Both the position numbers and the translations under genes were made by a program. This document shows positions 23,891-37,539 of a DNA stretch of 64,000 nucleotides, piece after piece. This DNA is from Octopus sinensis. Taxonomy: Eukaryota. Within the stretch, counting starts at the first letter, position 1. Each line of letters starts with the position of its first letter. The notes beneath the pieces are model-generated. The model ran no database searches. It was not told the origin of the DNA and saw only the letters and a list, made by a program, of their open reading frames with translations. The stretch spans positions 18,848,001 to 18,912,000 of the forward strand of contig NC_043023.1 of the NCBI RefSeq assembly GCF_006345805.1, written 5' to 3'.

Positions 23891-24114
23891 GCTCCTATTA
23901 AGAAGGTTACAAAAAGAATTACATCACGTTTGCTTAGAAAGAGAAAATGAATATAGGCGTGACGTTTGGTGTTATGGCAAGAAGAAAGACAAAGGATGTT
24001 ATCTCCTTAGTGAGAAAAGAGCTGAAACATCTAGCCCTATTTCTAACACATGTTTACTTAGAGAAGGTCCATATTTCGGTTCTCAGCCCTCTGATCCATC
24101 TAATACATGAATAA

Positions 24115-24822
24115 AGTACCAGTTACGCACTGGGGTCGATATAACAGAGAGTGGCAACAACTTTGACAGGAATACCTGTCTCTGTCTGATCTGTAATAGA
24201 TACCTATGTCTTTATTACCCACAAGGGGATAAACAAAGAGTGGACAAAACAAAGACAGACAAAGAGATTAAGTCGATTATATCGACCCCAGTGCGTAACT
24301 GGTACTTAATTTATCGATCCCGAAAGGATGAAAGGCAAAGTCGACCTCGGCGCAATTCGAACTCACAACGTAACGGTAGACGAAATACCTATTTCTTTAC
24401 TACCCACAAGCGGCTAAACACAGAGAGGACAAACGGATTAAGTCGATTATACCAACGTCATTGCGTAACTGGTACTTATTTAATCGACCCCGAAAGGATG
24501 AAAGGCAAAGTCGACCTCGGCGCAATTCGAACTCAGAACGTAACGGCAGACGAAATAAGTCTACGCATTTCGCCCGGCGTGCTAACGATTCTTATTTCTT
24601 TATTGCCCGCAAGGTGCTAAACACAGAGGGGACAAACAAGGACAGACAAACGGATTAAGTCGATTACATCGACCCCAGTGCGTAACTTGTACTTAATTTA
24701 TCGACCCCGAAAGGATGAAAGGCAAAGTCGACCTCGGGGGAATTTGAACTCAGAACGTAGCTGCAGGCGAAATACCGCTCAGCATTTCGCTCGGCATGTT
24801 AACGTTTCTGCCAGCTCGCAGC
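24115..24822 (-). mobile_element. SINE family B tandem multimer
   Basis: Repeated cgaaaggatgaaaggcaaagtcgacctcgg bodies with one head at ~24760-24822. Confidence 0.85.
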
Positions 24823-24964
24823 CCTTAATAGATACCTTTCATCACAAGTAGAAGGCTGTATATTTTCTATCCAATAAAAGGGGACATATTATTTCTACTT
24901 TTCTCCCCAGTATACTGAGTTCGTGTCAAAACATACACCGAGTCACAATGACACAGGAGAAATA

Positions 24965-26019
24965 AGGCGGCGAGCTGGCAGAACCGTTAGCACGACGGGC
25001 GAAATGCGTAGCCGTATTTTGTCTGCCGTTATATTCTGGGATCAAATTCCGCCGAGGTCGACTTTGCAGGGCGGCGAGGTGGTAGAACCGTTAGCACGCC
25101 GGGCGAAATGTGTAGCCGTATTTCGTCTGCCGTTTCGTTCTGGGTTCAAATTCTGGCAAGGTCGACTTTGCAGGGCGGCGAGCTGGTAGAACCGTTAGCA
25201 CGCCGGGCGAAATGCGTGGCCGTATTTCGTCTGTCGTTATGTTCTGGGTTCAAATTCCGGCAAGGTCGACTTTGCAGGGCGGCGAGGTGGTAGAACCGTT
25301 AGCACGCCGGGCGAAATGCGTGGCCGTATTTCGTCTGTCGTTATGTTCTGGGTTCAAATTCCGGGAAGGTCGACTTTGCAGGGCATCGAGCTGGTAGAAC
25401 CGTTAGCACGCCGGGCGAAATGTGTAGCCGTATTTCGTCTGCCGTTTCGTTCTGGGTTCAAATTCTGGCAAGGTCGACTTTGCAGGGCGGCGAGGTGGTA
25501 GAACCGTTAGCACGCCGGGCGAAATGCGTGGCCGTATTTCGTCTGTCGTTATGTTCTGGGTTCAAATTCCGGCAAGGTCGACTTTGCAGGGCGGCGAGCT
25601 GGTAGAACCGTTAGCACGCCGGGCGAAATGCGTGGCCGTATTTCGTCTGTCGTTATGTTCTGGGTTCAAATTCCGGCAGGTCGACTTTGCAGGGCGGCGA
25701 GCTGTAGAACCGTTAGCACGGGGGCGAAATGCGTGCCGTATTTCGTCTGTCGTTATGTTCTGGGTTCAAATTCCGGCAAGGTCGACTTTGCAGGGCGGCG
25801 AGCTGGTAGAACCGTTAGCACGCCGGGCGAAATGCGTGGCCGTATTTCGTCTGCAGTTACGTTCTGAGTTCAAATTCCGCCGAGGTCGACTTCCATCCTT
25901 TCGGGGTCGATAAATAAAGTACCGCTTACACAATGGGGTTGACATAATCGACTTAATCCGTTTGTCTGTCCTTGTTTGTCCCTTCTGTGTTTAGCCCCTT
26001 GTGGGCAGTAAAGAAACAG
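24965..26019 (+). mobile_element. SINE family B with nine tandem ~104-bp tRNA-like heads, flanked by a 17-bp TSD
   Basis: Unit cagggcggcgagctggtagaaccgttagcacg..gttcaaattcc..gtcgactttg; atgacacaggagaaata at 24948-24964 and 26020-26036. Confidence 0.92.
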
Positions 26020-26051
26020 ATGACACAGGAGAAATATGTGTGTATGCATGC

Positions 26052-26083
<32 letters not shown>

Positions 26084-26343
26084 ACGCGCGCTCACGTGCA
26101 TGTGTACATTCGCGTGGGCATGTGGGCACATATGCATATGTTTTTGTGATCTAGCGAACTGAGATTCTCTAACAAATGCCAGGTTCAAAGTCAGAACAGG
26201 TGTGTCACATATACGTAAATCAGCCTTTGAAATCGTCGATGTGCTTCACACTTGATTTAACACAAAACAAGTCGTTGTTATCGAGGTAAATAAAAGAACA
26301 CTTCTGCATACATACTGCATACATGATAATTAGATATATATAT

Positions 26344-26441
<98 letters not shown>

Positions 26442-26924
26442 GTCATATAAGAAGACTTCTTTTCATACATATATTATATATACTTACACACGCATACATA
26501 TACACATGCATGTACATGCTTACATATACACCCATACGTACGCGCATACACACACACATATATGAATAGAAGAAAATAAGTTTGTTGCGTCGAAAGGTAT
26601 CTGATTGGTGGGAAATCGATTGAGGAAAGCAGTTAAAAATATATACAATTCACAATAAAGGTTCGTAGGTATGATTGGTTAGTAAAGTTAAATCCTATTT
26701 AATATATAATACATTATTTTAACTTCATTTTGATAAAAGAAACGAAGGCACGCATTTCACAGTAAATATAAAATATATCATCAGTTGAACCCAGCCTCTC
26801 ATATCAGGTAAGTTACTAAATTTGTTTTTCTCTCTCTATTCCTGTCATCTCGTAAATTTTGATGTAGCAACGGAAACAGGTAGCTTCGATTACAACTGAC
26901 ATATTGATATATAAATATAGTTTA

Positions 26925-26926
<2 letters not shown>

Positions 26927-26986
<60 letters not shown>

Positions 26987-27097
26987 GTTATTATTATTAT
27001 TATCATTAATATTATTATTATTATTATCATCATCATCATTATTATTATTATTATTACTATTATTATTATTACCATTATTATTATTATTATTATTATT
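26927..27097. repeat. (ATT)n microsatellite
   Basis: Directly visible; further (ATT)n tracts at ~28983-29100, 29224-29320, 29640-29795, 29920-30020, 30196-30275 and 31056-31293. Confidence 0.95.
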
Positions 27098-27099
27098 CT

Positions 27100-28765
27100 A
27101 TGTTTGACTTTTGCTTTATATTTGTACAAGTTGGCTCCAAGTCTCACCCAGAGACCTCAAGAGACAACAGGGTTGGAAGTTCATGTTGTTGTTATGCTTA
27201 GTGTGCCATATATTTGGGGGGTGGGGGGTGTTGTACTAATGAATGTCTAAAAAAAGAAAGGTTTTTTTTTTTTTTTTAAACCGAAAATTATGTTTGTTTT
27301 AAACCTTGAGATTACATAGAAGTATTTTGCGTAGGATATGAGCAGTTCCCATGAGCACTATCTTTTGAATTTCTGCCATTTTTGGTTTCCTGGTATCTGA
27401 GTTAGGTAGCTATCAGCCCCTTTTGCTATCATTCCCAGGGCACCTATGACAACAGGTATTGTTTTAGTCTTCAGCTTCCACATTTTGCTGATTTCTATTT
27501 CAAGATCTTTATATTTGCTCAGTTTTTGGTAGTCTTGACAGATACGTTTATATCGATTGGGACAGTCATATCAATGAGGAGGCATGTTCTTTGTTTGAAG
27601 TCTTTCAATATGATGTCTGGCCTATTTGCATCTATCTTCTGTCAGTTTGAATGGTGAAGTTCCAGAGGAGTGATATGTGGTCATTTTCAAGCAGTGGGGT
27701 GGTTTGTGTTCCCACCATTTTTTTCATGGGCAAATCCAGGTTTTTACAGATTACCCAGTGAATATATTGTGCAGCTCTATCGTGCCTGTTGAGATACCCT
27801 GTAGGCGCTAGAAGACTGCACTTGGAGACCACATGGTCAATGGTTTCATTTTGTTGCTTGCATACACGACACGTTGGACTGCTTCTGATCTTTAATATGT
27901 TGGCCTGGTAGTTTCTTGTTGGTAGGCATTGATCTTGAGCTGCTATGATAAACCCCTCTGTTTCAGATTTTAAGCCAGAGGCCATTAGCCATTGATGGGT
28001 CAGGGCTTTGTCAACATCTGCATTATTTGTTCTCTTTGGGTATTTGCCATAGAGAGGTTTTTCTTGCCATTTATCATTCAGACTATCTAAGGCCGCAGAT
28101 TTAGCACGGGTTTTCATGCGCTTAGCTTTTTCTGTGCCTGTTTCTTGTATGTCTATCTCTAATTCCGAATTTGTTGTATTCGGAGTTCACTTAGATATCC
28201 TTTGCCTGTTTTGTTACTGAGTATGATGCTTTCTTGTTTTCATGTTTTGAGACAAGTTTTAACATCCAGTCCTCAGAGTTTTTCAGGTAGGTGTCTAGGC
28301 CATTGTAGCAAACTTCATTGTTATTGCCAGTTGTAAAAGTCCACGGCCTCCCTCTTTTCTTGGCAGATAAAGTCGTTCTGTATCTGCCTTGGGGTGGTGC
28401 ATTCTATGCATTGTCAACAGTTTTCGTATTTTTCTGTCAAGATTACATATTTCAGTAATTGACCAGTTAACGATACTGAAACTGTAAGTCACGACTGGTA
28501 TGGCTAATGCATTATCGCTTCGATCCTGTTTCTCGCATTCAGCTCTGTCTTGATTATTGCTCTTACTCTGCGATAGCATTCTCTCCTGATCCTTTCCTTC
28601 ATCTCTGAATGCCTTATTCCTTCTCCTTCAATTACCCCTAGATACTTGTAGTTCTCTGCTGGGTAATTCTTTTATGACATTCTGCTGGTCAAGGTTAACG
28701 TTAGATGTTTCTGTCATTTTTCCTTTGATAAAGGTAGCTTTTGCGCATTTATCGAGGCCAAATTG
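27100..28765 (-). mobile_element. R4/Dong-clade non-LTR retrotransposon, 5'-truncated and frameshifted
   Basis: End of RT (FSDDIRMQFGLDKC), LYLPRKEGGRGL, LKSETEGFIIAAQDQ, zinc knuckle CRVC..ETIDHVVSKC, RLE motif RPDII..CLLIDMTVP; 3' end abuts (TAA)n. Confidence 0.9.
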
Positions 28766-28981
28766 CATTCTGATGTCATCACTGAATTGTTTGACAATCG
28801 CTAGTAAGCCCTTGATTGGTGGTCATTTTTTGCAAAGAGCTTTAAATCATCCATGTAAATGAGATGATTTATATTTTTATCAACATTTTATATCCGTACT
28901 GCGCGTCATTGAGCAGTTTTGAGAGAGGTATTAAGGCTAAACAGAAGAGGAGCGGTGATAGTGAGTCACCCTGGAAAATGC

Positions 28982-29012
<31 letters not shown>

Positions 29013-29032
29013 TATTATTATTATTATTATTA

Positions 29033-29083
<51 letters not shown>

Positions 29084-29272
29084 TATTATTATCATTATTA
29101 TTATTCCGCCTAGGCCAACTTTGCCTTTCATCTTTTCGGGGGTCGATAAATTAAGTACCAGTGAAACGCTGGGAGTCGATGTAATCGACTAGTCCCCTTT
29201 TCCCAAAATTCAGGTCTTGTGCCTATAGTAGAAATTATTATTATTATATTATTATTATTATTATTATTATTA

Positions 29273-29305
<33 letters not shown>

Positions 29306-29321
29306 CATTATTATTATTATT

Positions 29322-29641
29322 GAGTGAGAGGGCAGTGCATGCCATCAAAGTGACACTGGGGTTAAATATACGAAGCCCAGTGTACCCATCACGACTACCC
29401 GTCTGATAAGGGTACACCAGGTACATGCATCACAACCATATGTGCGGGACATGGTGATCTCATATCAAGATAAACAACACATGACCTTGCAGGTGGGTCC
29501 CAGTTAGAATTTTCTTCAGGTTGAGTAGCCCATCCCGCTCAAAAGGTCCCTGTTTAAGGATGTTGAATGAAACACCCATGTTCCCAGAGGTGAATTATTC
29601 AAACCCCAAAGAATCCTTCTCAACACATGGCTATGATGCTC
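29322..29641. repeat. Unclassified interspersed repeat, copy 1
   Basis: gccatcaaagtgacac..cccatcccgctcaaaaggtc also occurs at 30530-30840. Confidence 0.75.
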
Positions 29642-29723
29642 TATTATTATTATTATTATTATTATTATCATCATTATTATTATTGTTGTTGTGGTTTGTT
29701 GTTTGTTGTGTGTTATTATTATA

Positions 29724-29795
<72 letters not shown>

Positions 29796-29921
29796 TTCCG
29801 CCGAGGTCAACTTTGCCTTCATCCTTTCGGAGTCGATAAATTAAGTACCAGTGAAACGCTGGGAGTCGATGTAATCGACTAGTCCCCTTTTCCCAAAATT
29901 CAGGTCTTTGCAGTAGAAATG

Positions 29922-29957
<36 letters not shown>

Positions 29958-29977
29958 TTATTATTATTATTATTATT

Positions 29978-30018
<41 letters not shown>

Positions 30019-30213
30019 TATTATAACTAAAGTGGCAGAATCGTTTGTACGTTCTGAGTTCAAATTCCGCTGAGGTCGACTTTGCCTTTCATCCTTTCGA
30101 GGTCAATTAAATAAGTACCTGTTACATACTGAGGTCGATATAATCGACTTAATCCTTTCCCCAAAATTTGAGGCCTTGTGTTTCCAGTAGAAAAGATTAT
30201 TATTATTATTATT

Positions 30214-30246
<33 letters not shown>

Positions 30247-30284
30247 ATTATATTATTATTATTATTATTGTTATCATTCAGTAG

Positions 30285-30520
30285 TTTTATTTTTATAGGT
30301 GCTTTCACTTCACTACCGAGCGCATCTCTGTGTGCCTTGGTATGTGCTGTGATTTGTTTGTATGCTCTGATGGTTATTGTATGGAAAGTGTTCTGCGTAG
30401 ATGTGTGCAGTGCCTAGTAGTGCAATTTTCTGTATGTTATATGTGTTTGTAAGTCCTGGTGTTTTGTATGTATTTGTCTGATATTTTTTTATTCAGCCTA
30501 ATGCACCTACTATGATAGGA
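30285..30520 (-). mobile_element. R4/Dong-clade 3' end fragment
   Basis: Minus strand PIIVGALG..LRRTLS remnant followed by (TAA)n. Confidence 0.6.
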
Positions 30521-30529
30521 ATTGTTTTT

Positions 30530-31054
30530 GCCATCAAAGTGACACAGGGGTAAAATATACGAAGCCCAGTATACCCATCATGACTACCCATCTGATAAGG
30601 GTACACCAGCCACATGCATCACAACCATATGTGTGTGACATGGTGATCTCATATCAAGATAAACAGCACATGCTCTTGCAGGTGGGGGCCCAGTTAGAAT
30701 TTTCTTCTAGTCGAGTAACCCATCCCGCTCAAAAGGTCACTGAATAAGGGTTGCTTAAGGATGTTGAACGAAACACCCATGTTTCCAAAGGTGAATTATC
30801 CAAACCCCAAAGAATCCCTTTCAACACAAAGCTATGATGTTCCCCCACTACTTTTGCTCGTGATCAGAGATGCACATATGGTCAGCCACTAAGGGACTTG
30901 CTCAACTGGTTAAGGTCAAACAACTGACAAGCAAATCTGTGGTATTGAGCAGAATATTTGCTGTAGCCCATCTTTTATACCAAGACAAAACAATGTACAT
31001 GATAACACTTCCAATCGTTTAAGATCAGAAGCCACGAGAGCCACTGCCTGGTAC

Positions 31055-31055
<1 letters not shown>
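30530..31055. repeat. Unclassified interspersed repeat, copy 2 (longer)
   Basis: Homologous to 29322-29641. Confidence 0.75.
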
Positions 31056-31142
<87 letters not shown>

Positions 31143-31237
31143 ATTATTATTATTATCATTATTATTATTATTGTTGTTGTTGTTATTATTATTATTATTG
31201 TTGTTATTATTATTATTGTTGTTGTTGTTATTATTAA

Positions 31238-31294
<57 letters not shown>

Positions 31295-32064
31295 CCCTAA
31301 AAAATCCCTTATCTGAAAGTCTCCTCATTTTGTATTCTTACGTTTGCACGTATATATGTATACATATTGATATTTCGTACTCAAAATATTATATTTCGTG
31401 TATTTAATATATTGATGTGTTTAATTGTTTATCCGCATAATTAACTCTATATCCACTCAACTCGATCCTCCTTAAACTCTATATCCACTCAACTCGATCC
31501 TCCTTACAGTAATTCTTTATTCTTTTGTGAATGATCCCCTCTAGAGACATTGGACTCTTGAATCTTTTGAGCGCTATTTAGTGTTTTCTACGCCAAATAT
31601 CTCCAAATCTCATCTTTGGACGACACACGCACACACACACACGTATACACATATATATTAATACGTATCCATCCATTCATCCATCCATCCGTCCACACAC
31701 ACACATACACACACATACATACACACACAAGCACATACGTTCACACACACACACACACGCATACACACATACACACACACACACACGCATACACACACAC
31801 ACACACACACACATGTATCATCATTATTATTGGACGTCCTATTATTATTTTTATTATTATGTGTCGAAAACAGCCGCAACGTTCTGAGTTCAAATTCGAC
31901 CGAGTCTGGCTTTGCTTTTCGTCCTTTCGGGGTCGATTAGACAAGTACCAGTAAAACACTGGGGTCGATGTAATTGACAAGCTCCCTACCCTAAAATTTC
32001 AGGCTTTGTGCCTATTGTAGAAAGAATTATTATTATGTGATGAAAACTCGCAGATTATTTTGCT

Positions 32065-33050
32065 GGGCAAAACCCGAAATTTTGGGAGAGGGGCCCATTC
32101 GATTAGCCCGACACCAGTACGAAACTGGTACTTAATTTATCGGCCCTGAAAGCATGAAAATCGAAGTCGACCTCGGCGGAATTTGAACTCAGAATGTAGA
32201 GGCAGACGAAATACCTATTTCTTTACTACCCACAAGGGGCTAAATGCAGAGGGGACAAACAAGGACAGACAAAGGGATTAAATCGATAACGTAGACTCCA
32301 GTGCGTAACTGGTACTTATTTAATCGACCCCGAAAGGATGAAAGGCAAAGTCGACCTCGGCGGAATTTGAACACAGAAATAAAGACAGACGAAATACCTA
32401 TTTCTTTACTACCCACCGGGGGCCAAACATAGAAATGGACTGAACAACTGATAGGATCAGTGAAGCGATATGATTTTACATATAATGTGACTTTAAAAAT
32501 TTAAATACAATATATAAAAAATCGAATGGAATTAACAATACAAAGACAATACAAATGAATTTATCGACCCCGAAAGGATGAAAGGCAAAGTCGACCTCGG
32601 CGGAATTTGAACTCACAACGTAGAGGCAGACGAAAAACCTATTTCTTTACTACCCACAAGGGGCTAAACACAGAGAGGACAAACAAGGACAGACGAACGG
32701 ATTAAGTCGATTTCATCGACCCCAGAGCGTAAGTGGTACTTATTTAATCGACCCCGATGGGATGAAAGGCAAAGTCGACCTCGGCGGAATTTGAACTCAC
32801 AACGTAGAGGCAGACGAAATACCTATTTCTTTACTACCCACAAGGGCCTAAACACAGAGAGGACAAACAAGGACAGACGAACGGATTAAGTCGATTTCAT
32901 CGACCCCAGAGCGTAAGTGGTACTTATTTAATCGACCCCGATGGGATGAAAGGCAAAGTCGACCTCGGCGGAATTTGAACTCACAACGTAACGGCAGACG
33001 AAATACCGTTAACCATTTCGCCCGGCCTGCTAACGTTTCTGCCAGCTCGT
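32065..33050 (-). mobile_element. SINE family B tandem multimers
   Basis: Repeated ~170-bp bodies joined at gaaatacctatttc. Confidence 0.85.
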
Positions 33051-33462
33051 CGCTTTTCTCCCAATTCTAATGACAGAACTGATACCCGAGAATTTCTCCC
33101 ACCCGTATCTTCCATGAATTTAAATAGAGAAGTTTTTGGAGGAAATGTATTCGCCTCACCTCTTACGTCGTAGTTAAACGATCTGACATAGTAGTCAGCC
33201 ATACGAGTCGGTTGCCACTCCCATGGAAAGAAGAAAAGAAACTACGAACAATAAAACACAAAACAGTAAACAACATCAGCGACGACGACGATGACGACAA
33301 CAGTAACAATAATAGCACTAGTATTAGTATGAACTACGACAACAACAACAACAGCAACCACCACCACCACCACCACCACCACCACCACACAACAGCAGCA
33401 GTGGGTGGTCCACAAGTGTGCCAAGTTGATCTTCATTTTTCCTATAAAGTTTTTAATACTTC

Positions 33463-33975
33463 ACTAGCAGTGTCGCCCGGCGTTGCTCGGGTTTGTAAGG
33501 GAAATAACTATATAAGCATTTTTAGACAGTTACTTCCCTTATAGATGTCAATTCGGGCTTTCTCAGCCATTTCTGTTTTGGTGTCTTCAAGCCATGAAGT
33601 CGTTGTTCTAAAAGAACGCTGGTCTCCTTGACAACGCTTTACGACGTTGATTTCCTTACACTCCCTTCCCCACAGCTTCACGAGGGAGGGAAGAAGGGGG
33701 AGAAGCAAACAGGTGCAGGTGTGACCATGGACGCCAACTCCGCCGCCATCGACACACGAAAAATTATGCATTAAATGAAATAAAAAATGATGTTAAATTA
33801 TTTTTAAAATCGTAGACTCATCGTAGACGCGCGCTAATACTCAGACGGGCTCGATATGAATCACGACTATAAGATACCCGAATTTGGTTAAACTGCACCG
33901 CAAAATGTGGGAGTAGTTAGGAATCTAAATCGAAGGGGACAGACACTCACACAACTACAGTTTTATATATATAGA
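33463..33975 (+). mobile_element. ~500-bp Helitron-like element
   Basis: actagcagtgtcgcccgg..ttttatatatatagat. Confidence 0.75.
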
Positions 33976-34608
33976 TGTATTGTAGGCGGTTAAACACTCC
34001 CACTTCTTTTCCCAAGTAATGTCCTGCTTAAACATCTCTAAAACCCATCGGTGGAGGTATTAATAACAGTACAAACAAAAGTGGTGAAAGTTTATCTCCC
34101 TAAAATATTCCTCTTCTGATGTCCCCTACACCCAATGACCTTCTTGCAGATGTTAACGCCATTTTTCCAGGCTACCATACTCCATTTTCTGCCACTCCAA
34201 ATATCTCCATATATTTCCCTATCCACTCGTGAAGCACCATATCATAGGTCTTTTAGTAATCTAGACAAGCCACTCCTAGTCCCGTTAACCTGCAGTTCTT
34301 ACATTTATATATTTGTTGTGCAAGATTTTTGATGTGAAATCGTGTGTTGAAACAGATATTGTTGTATTTAGGAATGATCATTTTGCCAGATTAGCCAGGA
34401 GTATGTGACGAAAGAACTCTGGCCGAAATAGAATTAAGATTAATGTAAAAAATAAATAATGCTGAAGCAAAGTAGGCGTAGGAGTGGCTGTGTGGTAAGT
34501 AGCTTGTTTACCAACCACCACCTTGGGCAAGTGCCATCTACTATAACCTCGGGCCGACCAAAGCCTTGTGAGTGGATTTGGTAGACGGAAACTGAAAAGA
34601 AGCCCGTC

Positions 34609-34642
<34 letters not shown>

Positions 34643-35190
34643 ATATATATATATGCGTGTGTGTGTTTGTGTGTCTGTGTTTGTCCCCCTAGCATTGCTT
34701 GACACCGATGCTGGTGTGTTTATGTCCCCGTCCCTTAGCGGTTTCGGCAAAAGAGACCGATAGAATAAGTACTGGGCTTACAAAATAAGTCCCGGGGTCG
34801 ATTTGCTCGATTAAAGGCGGTGCTCCAGCATGGCCACAGTCAAATGACTGAAACAAGTAAAAGAGTAAAGAGTAAAGTAACACCAAATATATAGTGCGTG
34901 TGTTTTTATTGGCTAAACTGGCAAAATGACCATTCCGAAATACAACGACTTCTGCAGTTCCTTAATATCATACTAACACCTGATCTTTTGCCCCACTTCA
35001 CCTGCATTTTCAACCTTCTGTCCATCTGGTAAAAATCTTTCACGATCCAAAAGTTTGTACACTTCTTCAGTTATTACTCCTGACACCAGTTTCCACATGA
35101 TTGCTAAATATGTTATTGGTCGATATTTTGACACTCCATTATCCTTTGATGCATCCTTCAAGACTGATAGGTTTTTCCATCAGCGGTTTG
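33975..35190 (-). mobile_element. Old R4/Dong-like RT remnant interrupted by a SINE
   Basis: KYRPITYLAIMWKLVSGVI at ~35070-35130 and IRRGIF*GDKLSPLLFVL at ~34070-34125. Confidence 0.65.
34474..34875 (+). mobile_element. SINE family A
   Basis: Match to family consensus. Confidence 0.85.
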
Positions 35191-35200
35191 TATGTATGTT

Positions 35201-35800
35201 AGGGCGGCGAGCTGGCAGAATGGTTAGCACGCCGGGCGAAATGCGTAGCCGTATTTCGTCTGCCGTTACATTCTGAGTTCAAATTCCGCCGAGTTGACTT
35301 TGCCTTTCATCCTTTCGGGGTCGATAAATTAAGTACCAGTTACGCACTGGGGGGTCGATGTAATCGACTTAATCCGTTTGTCTGTCCTTGTTTGTCCCCT
35401 CTGTGTTTAGCCCCTTGTGGGTAGTAAAGAAATAGGTATTTCGTTTGCCGTTACGTTCTGAGTTCAAATTCCACCGAGGTCGACTTTGCCTTTCATCCTT
35501 TCAGGGTCGATTAAATAAGTACCAGTTACGCTGGGGTCGATATAATCGATTTAAACCGTTCGTCTGTCCTTGTTTGTCCCCTCTGTGTTTAACCCCTTGT
35601 GGGTAGTAAAGAAATAGGTATTTCGTCTGCCATTACGTTCTGAGTTCAAATTCCGCCGAGGTCGACGATTCTTTCATTCTTTTGGGGTCGATTAAATATG
35701 TACCAGTTACGCACTGGGGTCGATGTAATCGACTTAATACCTATGTCTGTCCTTGTTTGTCCCCTCTGTGTTTAGCCCCTTGTGGGTAGTAAAGAAATAG
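35201..35800 (+). mobile_element. SINE family B, one head plus three tandem bodies
   Basis: gggcggcgagctggcagaa head; bodies joined at gaaataggtatttc. Confidence 0.88.
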
Positions 35801-35842
35801 GTTTGTATGTATGCTATGGCTTTATTGACTTGACTCGTTTTC

Positions 35843-37480
35843 GCATTCAAATTCTTTCCCTATCTACCCTCTTCAAATTTAGCCGCCCTTCCTTCATTAT
35901 CATGCTCGGGTACGGATCAAATGCGTGTAGAACGTTTTCGTCGCTCGGCACGCACCTCGGACATGTCTGCCTGACTGCACATCCATGCCTGTAGAGCTTG
36001 CCTCGAACCGGTAGTGCCCCTCGATAGCACTTCCAAGGACATCTGGAATTTATCAGTGGTTGTCTCCGACCGAACGGACTAACCACTTCATTTTCGTCGA
36101 GGCCCAAAATCCTCCTGAAGGTGTCGTCGCATTTCCCCGTCACTAATACTCTCTATATTGTGGAGGCGCAGTGGCCCAGTGGTTAGGGCAGCAGACTCGC
36201 GGTCGTAGGATCGCGGTTTCGATTCCCAGACCGGGCGTTGTGAGTGTTTATTGAGCGAAAACACCTAAAAGCTCCACGAGGCTCCGGCAGGGGATGGTGG
36301 TGATCCCTGCTGTACTCTTTCACCACAACTTCTCTCACTCTTACTTCCTGTTCTGTTGTACCTGTATTTCAAAGGCCGGCCTTGTCACTCTCTGTGTCAC
36401 GCTGAATATCCCCGAGAACTACGTTAAAGGTACACGTGTCTGTGGAGTGCTCAGCCACTTACACGTTAATTTCACGAGCAGGCTGTTCCGTTGATTCGGA
36501 TCAACCGGAACCTTCGTCGTCGTAACCGACGGAGTGCTTCCTACTCTCTATATTGCTAAAGTGGACATCCGTCAATTCCATTTCTCGACTGGCGACACTC
36601 TAGGTGCCAGGGAGAGAGTTTCGGGCTCTCCTTCATCCAGGACTGCAGCTCCGTCAAGGAGACGAGCTGTGGGAAAATCATGTCTTAGAAACTGAACTCG
36701 CACACGTTCACCATCAAGAGACCATTGCAGGTGTTGCATCCTCAGCGCGTGTCTGCCAATCAGCAGTCACAGCATGCCTCGCCCACCACGCAGAGGCTAA
36801 CCAGCTGTCAGACAGCTGGAAGTTTCTGAGCATTTATTGAGATTTTTACACCCGTTTTTTACAATGTGCTATAACCCTACACAGTCCCTTTGTGCATCAA
36901 AATGCTATTTCAGAGCGAGACAAACGTCTGAAGAAATCTGTCTTTCCAGCTACCGTCGGGGCATAAACGGTCACAATTCTGAAGGCGCTACCTTTGCTGT
37001 TATTCACGTCCTGTACTACCACCACTACCACCACCACCACCACCACCAAACCACCACCACCACCACCACCACTACTACTATCATCTTACCGTCCGAGTAC
37101 AAGAAGATTGCCCCCACGTTGACTGCTAAGGACTTTCCGGGATAGCACTGCTACACAGCCATTCGCTTCCGATAAACAAGATTAGAATAACTCGTAGTCT
37201 TCGAAAACAGATGCTAAAGCATGTTTTCGGAGTTCTTGTCCCACTAATGGTGACCACATCTAAAGCGACGTAAGGGATCGCTAAGCAAGAGACCTGCTTC
37301 AAAGCTATTCCCAGGCCTCGAATATACCCCCCCCCACTTTTAACGAAGGCATGATAGTCGAAGAAGTGGAGACCACTAACCTTGATTTTCGAGAAGCATG
37401 GGGATTCTGAACCTCCCTTCGGGAGAATATTCTTCAGATGTCCCTTCTAAGGGTCTTTTATCTATAATTTTTTTAATCTC
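35843..37480 (-). mobile_element. Fragmented L1/Tx1-like LINE remnant
   Basis: C-terminal ALPVRGKLYRHG..CPRC..ENVLHA (35930-36030) and an endonuclease-like GCVAV..VGAIFLYSDGKMIV remnant (~37085-37165); clade call is approximate. Confidence 0.5.
36160..36541 (+). mobile_element. SINE family C with 14-bp TSD
   Basis: tactctctatattg at 36147-36160 and 36542-36555. Confidence 0.92.
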
Positions 37481-37539
37481 TTCATTAGCTGGGAGATTTT
37501 CTCGTACTGTTTTGTAAAATCCGAAACATTAATTATATT

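Noticed and set aside
24965-25900. Heads of the SINE array as a real tRNA gene cluster
   Set aside because: They have A/B boxes but no cloverleaf I could fold, and they run into the SINE body.
31421-31506. Two-copy ~35-bp tandem duplication
   Set aside because: Ordinary local slippage with no further structure.
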